Origin: Balneolaceae bacterium
GTDB taxonomy: Bacteria > Bacteroidota > Rhodothermia > Balneolales > Balneolaceae
Assembly (NCBI GenBank): GCA_040905245.1
Contig: JBBDRX010000038.1
Coordinates: forward strand, 1-45,474
Direction of reading: 5' to 3'
Length of the DNA stretch: 45,474 bases
The notes below the pieces were generated by a model. It worked only from the letters and a program-made list of their open reading frames with translations. It was not told the origin of the DNA and ran no database searches. The translations under genes were made by a program, and so were the position numbers. How positions within the stretch are numbered: the stretch's first letter is position 1; every line of letters starts with the position of its first letter. Shown piece after piece: positions 9,740 to 17,894 of this stretch.

Positions 9740-10894
9740 CTACGTCCAATTTCCGGAAACAGCCTGCATCTGTGTGAAGAGTTCACCGCTGCGAAAAGCC
9801 CAGTTTCCGGTATTCAGAACATATAATCGGCCATTCTTCCCCATTTTTGCCGACAAATCTGGTTGCGTAATCAGCTCGCGAATCCGCTGCTTCAGGGTAT
9901 CCGGGTCTCCCTCCGGAACAATAAATCCGGTTTCTCCATCCTGAATCACAGAGGGTATCCCCCCGGAGTCGGACCCGATCACAGGCAGCCCGCACGCATT
10001 GGCTTCCAGAAAAACGATCCCGGCTCCCTCGACATCCGGCTCAATGGTCTGAGAAGGCATGACAAAAAGGTCCGCGAGCTGATAATAATCCCGGACTTTA
10101 TCGTGCGAAATCCGTCCGACAAAATGCACAGACTTCTGCAGGCCCAATTGAGTTGCTAATCTTTCGAGACGATCCTTGTCATTACCTTCGCCTACAATCA
10201 AATAACTAATATCAGAAATATCCTTCAGAAGCTCCGGAAGAATCCGGATTACAAGATCTATACCCTTGCGCGGTACCAACCGTGTGATTGTAATCATTAC
10301 CCGTCTTCCCGCCAACCCCAGCTTCCTTCGCAACACGTCGCTTCTGCCCGGGAAAAAACGATCCGGATCGGTCCCAATAGGAACAATCGTCAACCGTTCT
10401 GCGTCCACTCCCTCTTCGATCAACTGATCGCGTGTATAGCTGCTGACCGGGTAGAAGTGATCAACACATCGTAGAAGATACCGCCGGTATCGTACAAACA
10501 ACCGATTTACCACAGGAATCTTCTCATACGGATTAAACAGCAGTTCACGAAGATGAGCGGCACACTGAATAGAACCTTTCCATCCCCTGCGCCTGGCCAG
10601 AACTGATGCGCCCACCGTCTGCCACTGGGCATGAAAAACCGTATCGACTTTAAACTGTGCCAACAGCCCGGGCAATCGGAAAAGCAGCGGAAACAGAAGA
10701 AGTTCATTACGGCAGGGTACACGGAACACGGGATAGGGAAATTCCGGATCCAATTGATGGGCCCCCTCTGAATCCGGAGCCACCACACCGAACCAGTCGC
10801 ACCGTGATGCAAGATGTTCCGCGTGTGCTGCAGAATAGGTCTGAATCCCGCCCGTATCCGGTGGAAAGTCCTGGCTGATCATCAAGAGTCTCAT
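9740..10894 (-). CDS. Glycosyltransferase family 4 (GT-B, PimB-like)
   Basis: The N-terminus is MRLLMISQDFPPDTGGIQTY. The C-terminal motif is EGAGIVFLEANACGLPVIGSDSGGIPSVIQDGETGFIV. Confidence 0.85.
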   Translation of the reverse strand: MRLLMISQDFPPDTGGIQTYSAAHAEHLASRCDWFGVVAPDSEGAHQLDPEFPYPVFRVPCRNELLLFPLLFRLPGLLAQFKVDTVFHAQWQTVGASVLARRRGWKGSIQCAAHLRELLFNPYEKIPVVNRLFVRYRRYLLRCVDHFYPVSSYTRDQLIEEGVDAERLTIVPIGTDPDRFFPGRSDVLRRKLGLAGRRVMITITRLVPRKGIDLVIRILPELLKDISDISYLIVGEGNDKDRLERLATQLGLQKSVHFVGRISHDKVRDYYQLADLFVMPSQTIEPDVEGAGIVFLEANACGLPVIGSDSGGIPSVIQDGETGFIVPEGDPDTLKQRIRELITQPDLSAKMGKNGRLYVLNTGNWAFRSGELFTQMQAVSGNWT

Positions 10895-10964
10895 GAAAAG
10901 GAATCAGGGGATATTTACACTATATTGGACCCTGAAAGTAACAGATTGCGGCAAGCCCTGAAAC

Positions 10965-11930
10965 ATGAAGTTCAAGAAACAGACAGAGCAGGTCAGAAAC
11001 GCCTTTCAAACCCCATTCGTACAGAAGGTACTCACAGGATTACAGCATATCTTCCTTCTCGCCGTCATCGGATGGCTTCTGTACGAACTCAACGAAATCG
11101 GTTGGCGCACCATCTGGCAATCCCTGCCCGTCCATCCACTCTTTTACCTTCTCATACTCTTCACCTACATTCAGCTTCCCCTTGCCGAAATACTGATCTA
11201 CCGGGTCAGCTGGAGTTTCCAGGCTCTTGCGTCTCTCCCCGCCTTTCTGTTAAAACGCGTATACAACCGTACCCTGCTGGGATATTCCGGCGAACTTTAC
11301 TTCTACACCTGGGCTCGCAAACTGCCGGGGCTGTCCGGACGAGATGTATTCATGACCATCAAGGACAACAACATCCTCTCTTCCATCGCCTCCACTCTCG
11401 TTGCTTTCGGTCTTCTGATCATCTTTCTGCTCACCGGACAGATACAAATTTTCGAATGGATCACCTCCCAGAGTGACGTCGGGTTCTGGGTTATGGGGCT
11501 TGGAACGGTTATGGCAGTGACGCTGATGATCCACTTCCGAAACCGCATCCTGACCATGTCCATGAAAGATGCCTGGAAGATCTTTCTCATTCAGATCGTA
11601 CGACTGTTGCTTCTGCAGGCCGTCAATGTACTGATCTACTACATTGCGATCCCGGACGCTCCTCTGGAGGTATGGTTCACTCTTATCTCGGTAGAGATCA
11701 TACTCTCCAGAATCCCGCTGCTTCCCAATCGTGATCTTATTTTTATTGGAATGAGCATCGGATTGGCGGCCGGGTTAACCATCTCCGAGGAGGAGATTGC
11801 CGGATTGATGGTCGCGAAAACAGCCTTTAACAAACTGGCCGGGCTCATCATTGTCGGTTTTCTGGCATTCACAAAAGCCGATCAGCTGCCGGAAGAACCG
11901 GAATTCCGGGATGAACCGGAACGCTCCTGA
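10965..11930 (+). CDS. Polytopic membrane protein, UPF0104/LPG-synthase-TM (flippase-like) type
   Basis: 321 aa with about 8 TM helices and a basic N-terminus followed by LLAVIGWLLYELNEIGWRTIWQSL, a pattern seen in PF03706-type proteins next to glycosyltransferases. The family call is tentative. Confidence 0.6.
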   Translation: MKFKKQTEQVRNAFQTPFVQKVLTGLQHIFLLAVIGWLLYELNEIGWRTIWQSLPVHPLFYLLILFTYIQLPLAEILIYRVSWSFQALASLPAFLLKRVYNRTLLGYSGELYFYTWARKLPGLSGRDVFMTIKDNNILSSIASTLVAFGLLIIFLLTGQIQIFEWITSQSDVGFWVMGLGTVMAVTLMIHFRNRILTMSMKDAWKIFLIQIVRLLLLQAVNVLIYYIAIPDAPLEVWFTLISVEIILSRIPLLPNRDLIFIGMSIGLAAGLTISEEEIAGLMVAKTAFNKLAGLIIVGFLAFTKADQLPEEPEFRDEPERS

Positions 11931-12829
11931 CCGGTTTTAAAACGGCCGTTCAAGGATCCCATACAAGCCCGGTCGATCCAGTCTCCCCAGGGATACCCGA
12001 TCATCAAAAGAATCAACATGTAGGGGCCAAAATTAATATTCATAATCCAGAGAATCCCCAGGTGCATCCCGATCAAAAGCGTTGCCTGGAATGCCCGGGC
12101 TCGGCGAAACCACAGCAGAAATCCGAACAGTTCGCTCAGCAACCCACCGAGCAACAGCAGAGTCGCCGCCCAGTAGTGCTCAAAGAGAAACTCCTGTAAC
12201 GGGTTGAACCGGAATGTCCCCTGCTGAGATAGCTTGTCGATTGACCGCTCTCCCATCCATAGATAAAGATGTCCTCCGTCCGGCCATATCAGGCCGGTTC
12301 CGACCAGTTTGCTCACCCCGGCAGATACATAGCCGAGTCCGGCAAAAAAGAGCATGAATCCCAGAGCCGCACGCCTTCTCTCCGTTCCCGGCCGGAAAAA
12401 CAGATCCGAAAGTACGAACGAGAGAAGAACCATTCCCGTCAGATTGGTTCCATGACCAATTGCCCCCTGTGAAAACCGGGCGGCATACTGCAAGTGAAAC
12501 AGGATTAACACAACCAGATAGTACCACTTGCCACGCCTCAGAAACCCTGCCAGACCTGCAACCGAGATGAGAAACGCATTCAAAAAAGCCGTCTCCGGCC
12601 GAAAGAAAAAAGACAGGTCAAGATAGTTGGCCAGGCCGGTCGGGCTGAGTACGTCACTGAGCATGGGCAGATAAAACGCCCACTCCCAGGCATGCCATAG
12701 AATCTGAAACACCATTAAAAGTTCAATCAGCCGGACGTGCAGCGATTCCCCCCGGGTTTCAGGCTTCTGAAACCGGAACAGATCTCTCAGGATCTGTTCT
12801 TTTACTGTCCATGTCATGGCTCCCTCCAT
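11882..12829 (-). CDS. Polytopic membrane protein, possibly HTTM-like; function unknown
   Basis: 315 aa with 7-8 TM helices. An alternative start at 12817 would make an ATGA overlap with the upstream gene. The family assignment is weak. Confidence 0.6.
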   Translation of the reverse strand: MEGAMTWTVKEQILRDLFRFQKPETRGESLHVRLIELLMVFQILWHAWEWAFYLPMLSDVLSPTGLANYLDLSFFFRPETAFLNAFLISVAGLAGFLRRGKWYYLVVLILFHLQYAARFSQGAIGHGTNLTGMVLLSFVLSDLFFRPGTERRRAALGFMLFFAGLGYVSAGVSKLVGTGLIWPDGGHLYLWMGERSIDKLSQQGTFRFNPLQEFLFEHYWAATLLLLGGLLSELFGFLLWFRRARAFQATLLIGMHLGILWIMNINFGPYMLILLMIGYPWGDWIDRACMGSLNGRFKTGQERSGSSRNSGSSGS

Positions 12830-13284
12830 TCCGGATGAACAAGCGTGGTATCCGGACCGATATAGACCGCCGGAGTGTAGCGAATCGCCAGCTGTCGATC
12901 CTCGGTCAGAGAGCCTTTTGCCAAATAGATAAGATAGGCCTGCCGGTCGATCCTGTCACCAAAGAAAGCACGAACCTGACGGAGCAGTGATGGACTCCAG
13001 ACTACATTTTTTGTCAGAATCTCTGCAAGATCGTTCTGATTCAGACCAACCTCATCCAGTGCAAACAGGCTTCCGGACAGAATCTCCTCAGTCCCGCTCT
13101 GCCAGTCCGGGATACCGGATCCCGGCTCTTGCTCCATCACCAGAGACTTGGACCATTCATGCCCCGCCTGGGAGAACATCGGATAGATAGAGAAAGGCCA
13201 GAACTCTCCCAAATGACCCGCAACCAGAGCCGCATACAAAAACACAACGACAGCAAGAATTCTTCCGGTTTTTTGATGAATCAT
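12814..13284 (-). CDS. Membrane-anchored hypothetical protein
   Basis: This is ORF 12814..13560 trimmed to Met93 (MIHQKTGRILAVVVFLYAALVAGHLGEFWPFSIYPMFS). The longer form would overlap the divergent GT4 gene, and its extension looks non-coding (R/G/S-rich). Confidence 0.55.
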   Translation of the reverse strand: MIHQKTGRILAVVVFLYAALVAGHLGEFWPFSIYPMFSQAGHEWSKSLVMEQEPGSGIPDWQSGTEEILSGSLFALDEVGLNQNDLAEILTKNVVWSPSLLRQVRAFFGDRIDRQAYLIYLAKGSLTEDRQLAIRYTPAVYIGPDTTLVHPEWREP

Positions 13285-13425
13285 AGATTCGGTAGATTGT
13301 CGTACAGGTTCATCCCGGTGGCCATGAAGTTCGAAGTATCTTACAGAAATCGAAGATGAAAATCTGCCCGGATCATTCCAACCGTAAACAGACATTCCGA
13401 GCATCCCGAAACGGCTGACCCGACC

Positions 13426-14679
13426 GTGACTTCCGACTCTCCAGTCAAACGACTGATTTATACGACACAGTACTCTCCCTGGTCTCCATACAGTGGCGGA
13501 GGACAGCGATCCACGCATAACCTGGCCATGGAAATGTCCCGACGGGGTCATGAGGTCCATGTCATCTACTCACGAACACCTTTTGACCACTACACCGTAC
13601 CTGACGATCTCCCCTACCAGATTCACTGGGCTACCCTCTTCCATTACAGAAGCAGCCGACAGGCTCCTCTCCGGCCGATGACATCGCTGGACGTTCATCG
13701 AATCGCCTCATCGCTGATTCAAAACAGCTCGTTACCTGTAGTGGTCCATGCAAATGGAGAAGAGGCTGCCAGAGTGGGCATGATACGAAGGCGATTCCCT
13801 TTTTTATTTGTGGTAACGCCCCGATATCCGGACTACCCTGCAGCCATTGGCAGGTGGAACAATCTCTCTGCCGGGGAGCGAATCCTGCTCTGGCTTCGTG
13901 AGTGGAAGTACCTGGCTCTTGGACAGGCTTTGAAACAGGCAGATCTGGTCTGTCCTCCCAGCAGCTGGGCAGGAGAACAGGTCAAAAGTCTCTACGGGCT
14001 GAACCGTGAGCGGATCCGGCCAGTTTCCAACGGTGTGCCCAAAGAGTTTCTACAGATTGAACGCTCCGCTGAGGCGTCGTCCGGCCCCATCTTTTTCTTT
14101 GGAAGGCTCAGTTACGACAAGGGAGTGGACCTTCTCCTTCGGGCCTACCGGGAACTACCCGCTTCCCGTCCGGCTCTCCATATTGCCGGAGCCGGTGAAG
14201 AGGAGAACAGGCTGCGAACGATAGCCACTGAAATGAACCTTCAGGAGTCGGTGCTGTTCTTGCCCTGGCAAACCCATTCCCAGCTTGCAGAGAGGCTGTC
14301 AAAAGCCCGAATGGCTGTTCTTCCGTCACGAAACGAAAACTACAGTCTGGCTGTCCTCTCTGCCATGGCAAGTGGTACACCCACACTGTCGACCCGTGTC
14401 GGCGGAACCGTGGAACAGATCCGTGACAAAAAAGACGGGATCCTGGTGAATGTTGAAGAGGTCCGGCAATTAACAGAGGCCATGAGCTGGATCATTCGGC
14501 ATCCGGAAAGGGCGGAAGATATGGGCCGTAAAGCCGCCAGACGAATGGCAGAAACCCATACCTGGCAAGCAACCTGCAACAGGCTGGAGAACCTCTACGA
14601 TCACTCCCTGAGTGACATCTCGGCACGCTCCGGCTCCCGACGCCTCTTCAGGCGCTCCCATTCACGATCGGCAAACTGA
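13426..14679 (+). CDS. Glycosyltransferase family 4 (GT-B)
   Basis: It has a GTG start. Motifs are YSPWSPYSGGGQRSTHNLAMEMSRRGHEVHV and a C-terminal E-x7-E region (NENYSLAVLSAMASGTPTLSTRVGGTVEQIRDKKDGILV). Confidence 0.85.
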   Translation: MTSDSPVKRLIYTTQYSPWSPYSGGGQRSTHNLAMEMSRRGHEVHVIYSRTPFDHYTVPDDLPYQIHWATLFHYRSSRQAPLRPMTSLDVHRIASSLIQNSSLPVVVHANGEEAARVGMIRRRFPFLFVVTPRYPDYPAAIGRWNNLSAGERILLWLREWKYLALGQALKQADLVCPPSSWAGEQVKSLYGLNRERIRPVSNGVPKEFLQIERSAEASSGPIFFFGRLSYDKGVDLLLRAYRELPASRPALHIAGAGEEENRLRTIATEMNLQESVLFLPWQTHSQLAERLSKARMAVLPSRNENYSLAVLSAMASGTPTLSTRVGGTVEQIRDKKDGILVNVEEVRQLTEAMSWIIRHPERAEDMGRKAARRMAETHTWQATCNRLENLYDHSLSDISARSGSRRLFRRSHSRSAN

Positions 14680-15614
14680 TAGAAGGTTTTTTTCTGATGA
14701 ATCCATCCGAAATGGAGAGTATAGGGAGTAACCAGCCGATAGTCCCCCTTACCAGGGAGAAGCCCGAAAAGCCTGATCAGAATTACACGAAGCCACTTCT
14801 GCTTCAGCCCACGAAAGCTGTAAACAAACGGATTACCGTAATAGAGACAACGAACCTTTTTGAAGGATTCATCAAACGTTGTATAACTATCTATGAAGTC
14901 AAGTTGAGGGCTGTAATCTCCCTGAAACCAGGGATAAACAGACAGATTGTACTGAGCCATCGCCATCGCCATACTCCACTCACAAGACTCTTCAGAACGG
15001 CCGGTCTCCCGAAGTCGGCTGTGAAAATGAGTCTCTTTCTTATGGCGGTACAGTTCGGCTGCTCGCTCGCACACTTGCCTGGTCAGCTTCGTATCGGCCG
15101 CATAGATCATCCCGCTCTGAACCCGCGAGAGATGAGTGAGTCCAAACCGTTTCAATGTCCGTTTTCTGCGCTGTAAAAAGATATCGAAAACCACTCCGAT
15201 ATGCTTCGAAGATCCGAAAAAGTTGTCAGAAACTTCCAGTCCTGTAATCGTAAAGGGATAGGGCGAAAAAGAAGCCCAGAGAGAATCAGGACTCTTGCAC
15301 CAGATGATGTCACTATCAAGAAACAGCGTCCGGCTGTAAGGCGCATAGTGGTGAAGGTTGTGCTTAAAGCCGGTAATCGACTGATGATTTTCAGGAAGGG
15401 GAACCAGCTGGTCAAACAACTTGTCCAGTCCTGTTTCACGGAGCTGGTCAAGCTGGTTGGTATCAGCAGCCAGGGTGACGGGCCGGTGACTGTCATAACG
15501 GCGAAGCGTGGATACACTGGCAACCACATGCCTTAGATATTTCTGATCACCGTATGAGTGATACAGATACCCCTCTTTCTTTATATCTCCATTCGTGTGG
15601 ATAGACCTTGTCAT
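14601..15614 (-). CDS. Putative nucleotide-sugar transferase, GT-A/GT8-like (DxD)
   Basis: 337 aa. The motifs YLYHSYGDQKYLRHVVASVSTL and RTLFLDSDIIW (DxD) fit a GT-A fold. The family is not verified. Confidence 0.55.
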   Translation of the reverse strand: MTRSIHTNGDIKKEGYLYHSYGDQKYLRHVVASVSTLRRYDSHRPVTLAADTNQLDQLRETGLDKLFDQLVPLPENHQSITGFKHNLHHYAPYSRTLFLDSDIIWCKSPDSLWASFSPYPFTITGLEVSDNFFGSSKHIGVVFDIFLQRRKRTLKRFGLTHLSRVQSGMIYAADTKLTRQVCERAAELYRHKKETHFHSRLRETGRSEESCEWSMAMAMAQYNLSVYPWFQGDYSPQLDFIDSYTTFDESFKKVRCLYYGNPFVYSFRGLKQKWLRVILIRLFGLLPGKGDYRLVTPYTLHFGWIHQKKTFYQFADREWERLKRRREPERAEMSLRE

Positions 15615-15616
15615 AT

Positions 15617-16231
15617 TCAGATTCTCGAAGCTCGTCTGCGCAAGCTCTCCATCAACGCATCAAACCCTCTCTGTCGGATAATACTCTGAAACTGCCGTTG
15701 GTAAGAACCCGTCGTGGATACCTCATCAATGATCATATCTGTAATTCTCCATTCTCCTTCTTCCCGAACCATCGTATAGTGAACGGGCGTTTGGACATTA
15801 TCCAGCTTTACCACCGTTTTGACAAGAGCCTCCGACTCTTCCACCTCAATTTCATTGTAACTCACCTCTGCACGATAGATATCCAGCCGATTCATCGACT
15901 GATCACGTACGATTTTGGAAAAAAGGTCGATAAACTCTTCTCTTTCAACGGATTCAATCTCATCAAAATGACCCCTCAAAGCCTCGGACGCCATTCTTCG
16001 AAAATCGATCATCCCGTTGATAATCTGCTGGAGTTTCTCTCTCTGCTCTTCGGAATGTTCAGTCCCGGCCGGCCCGACCAGCTGTTTGATCTGTGCGTCC
16101 CGTTCTTCCAGAATTATGCGAATCTCTTGCTCCGGTGTCGTATTTTCCTGAAGACCGTAGAGAGATATCTCCTCCCAACCGGAGCTGCCACCAAACAGAA
16201 AAACCGCTGCAAAGATTAATCCTTTTATCAT
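15617..16231 (-). CDS. MlaC/Ttg2D (HpnM-like) periplasmic lipid-binding protein
   Basis: It has a signal peptide. IDFRRMASEALRGHFDEIESVEREEFIDLFSKIV and WRITDMIIDEVSTTGSYQRQFQSII match the MlaC-family pattern (fDf..ma...lG..w / WkvyDv.ieGvSlv..yr.qF). Confidence 0.8.
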   Translation of the reverse strand: MIKGLIFAAVFLFGGSSGWEEISLYGLQENTTPEQEIRIILEERDAQIKQLVGPAGTEHSEEQREKLQQIINGMIDFRRMASEALRGHFDEIESVEREEFIDLFSKIVRDQSMNRLDIYRAEVSYNEIEVEESEALVKTVVKLDNVQTPVHYTMVREEGEWRITDMIIDEVSTTGSYQRQFQSIIRQRGFDALMESLRRRASRI

Positions 16232-16232
16232 A

Positions 16233-17618
16233 CTATCTTACCTGTTCTGATCCAAGTTGTCTGATTGGAATCCCTGATGCTTTATAGAGAGCTGCAACCT
16301 TTTTATTCAGATCGAACACATTTTGTTTCAACGTAACACGCAATTCCAGCTCTTTTCGCACCGAATCAATCAGGTCTTCCACTTCTCCAAAACCATAATC
16401 GTAGTTCAATTGTTCATGCCGGACCCAATTTCTTGTCGTTGCAAGAGCCTCTTCTGTATTATTCAGGCGGCTCTCGGCAACCACGGCCTCCATATAACTC
16501 TCATTCAACTCCAGCATAATCACATCCGATAGCGCCTCCCTCAGATCCCGTACCCGGTTGTATGAGATCCGTTCCCGTTCCAGACGATTTCGCACCGAAG
16601 AAAAATTCAGGTTTTGACGAATACCGAAACCAACTGCTCCGGAGAGATAGTTCGTATTGTTAATGATGAACGGGTTACTCTGTCTTGGCCGGTTGGGTGT
16701 ATTGGCAAAGCTGGCGGTTAACCCCAGATAGACCATTGGCAACTGTTGCGATTTCAACGCCTCAATGGAGTGCTCATAGGCCTGAATTCCCGCCTCGGCA
16801 CCTTTCAGTTCCGGCCGATGGTCAGCGGCCATCTGCTGATAATAGTCAAACGGCTCCAATTGAACGGCTACAGGGTCCAGAAACGACTCCTCCGGCAGAT
16901 AGTAACTGGCCTGACCTTCACCCAATACCGACCTCCAGATGCGCTCAATTCGATTTCGGCTCTGCTCTACCTCTGTTTGCTGTGTCCGAAATTCACTGCG
17001 ATAGATTTCGAACTGAAAGACATCCTTCTCTTTCAGATTCGGATCCTCCTCTTGCCTCATCTGTTCAATCTGTTTTTCCACCTGTTCAATCGTCTCTTCG
17101 GCGTCCCTGAGAACACGCTCGACCTCCAGAGCAAGTAAAAAGCTGTAGTAGAGTTCATAAAGCTGAACTTCCAGATTCTGTTTGCTCGTCAGAAACTCCT
17201 GTTCGGCGGCTCTGGCACCAAATTCTGCTGCCTGGATGGCATTGTTTACAGCTCCCCAGGTAAATACTGGCTGAACCGCTTCGAGCTCTGCACGAGTAAA
17301 AATCGCCCAGTTTTCCCAGTCATTCTCAAGATCCGGATCCAGATAGTACTCATTCCTGTCGAGCTGATCATTTCTGCTGTGAACCCCGGGAACCAGACCA
17401 TGATTGGTATTGAAACTGACCGACGGCAGAATCCGGCTGGCTCTCGCCTGATCGATTCGGTTTTTTGCCAGATCAACAGCACCATACTCATAGTCCAGCT
17501 GGCCAGACCTCTCCAGCCCACGGTCTATAAACTCCTGAAGGGAAACCCGCAATGTATCCTGGGCTTGAATCGGCTGGACGCTGATAAAAAAGAGCAGCAG
17601 TACGTAGAGCGGTTTCAT
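16233..17618 (-). CDS. TolC-family outer membrane efflux protein
   Basis: This is ORF 16233..17732 trimmed to MKPLYVLLLFFISVQPIQAQ (signal peptide). It shows a two-fold repeat of coiled-coil and beta segments, and LDYEYGAVDLAKNRIDQARASRILPSVSF is typical of the OEP family. Confidence 0.8.
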   Translation of the reverse strand: MKPLYVLLLFFISVQPIQAQDTLRVSLQEFIDRGLERSGQLDYEYGAVDLAKNRIDQARASRILPSVSFNTNHGLVPGVHSRNDQLDRNEYYLDPDLENDWENWAIFTRAELEAVQPVFTWGAVNNAIQAAEFGARAAEQEFLTSKQNLEVQLYELYYSFLLALEVERVLRDAEETIEQVEKQIEQMRQEEDPNLKEKDVFQFEIYRSEFRTQQTEVEQSRNRIERIWRSVLGEGQASYYLPEESFLDPVAVQLEPFDYYQQMAADHRPELKGAEAGIQAYEHSIEALKSQQLPMVYLGLTASFANTPNRPRQSNPFIINNTNYLSGAVGFGIRQNLNFSSVRNRLERERISYNRVRDLREALSDVIMLELNESYMEAVVAESRLNNTEEALATTRNWVRHEQLNYDYGFGEVEDLIDSVRKELELRVTLKQNVFDLNKKVAALYKASGIPIRQLGSEQVR

Positions 17619-17694
17619 AATCGATGGAACTTGTTGATCAGGTAAAAAACGGTTCAGATTTGCCCTTGCTAACGGCCAGAAACTGGATTTATTC

Positions 17695-17722
17695 AAACAA
17701 AAAAAGCTCCTGTTCGGAGCTC
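17695..17722 (-). terminator. Rho-independent terminator after tRNA-Ser (end of the atp transcription unit)
   Basis: The minus strand reads AGCTCC-GAACA-GGAGCT followed by TTTTTTTGTTTG. Confidence 0.6.
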
Positions 17723-17800
17723 TGTTCAACATTCGGCCATTCTGCCCTGACCCAAGTAAAGGCCCTCTCCTCTGTGGAAGAGGTTGTTCAGTAATAAGAG

Positions 17801-17887
17801 CGGAGGGCGAGGGATTCGAACCCCCGGAGACCGCAAGGCCTCAACGGTTTTCAAGACCGCCGCATTCGACCACTCTGCCAGCCCTCC
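17801..17887 (-). tRNA. tRNA-Ser (anticodon UGA), type II with long variable arm; CCA not encoded
   Basis: Hand-folded. The acceptor is GGAGGGC/GCCCTCC with discriminator G. The D-stem is GCA/TGC. The anticodon stem is GCGGT/ACCGT with loop CT-TGA-AA. The variable arm is 18 nt. The T-arm is GGGGG-TTCGAAT-CCCTC. Confidence 0.9.
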
Positions 17888-17894
17888 AGTAAAA

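Noticed and set aside
10814-11476. 220-aa plus-strand ORF in another frame over the flippase-like gene
   Set aside because: The translation is R/H/S/P-rich with no TM pattern. The 10965..11930 frame gives a coherent 8-TM protein.
13285-13560. N-terminal 92-aa extension of ORF 12814..13560
   Set aside because: It would overlap the divergent GT4 start by 135 nt, and the extension is R/G/S-rich. An internal Met directly precedes a TM anchor.
17619-17732. N-terminal extension of the TolC-like ORF
   Set aside because: The extension runs across the tRNA/atp terminator hairpin. An internal Met gives a canonical signal peptide.
17695-17887. tRNA-Ser as an integration hotspot or genomic-island border
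   Set aside because: There is no integrase, no direct repeat of the tRNA 3-prime end and no foreign-looking genes on either side. The neighbours are the atp operon and the TolC-like operon.
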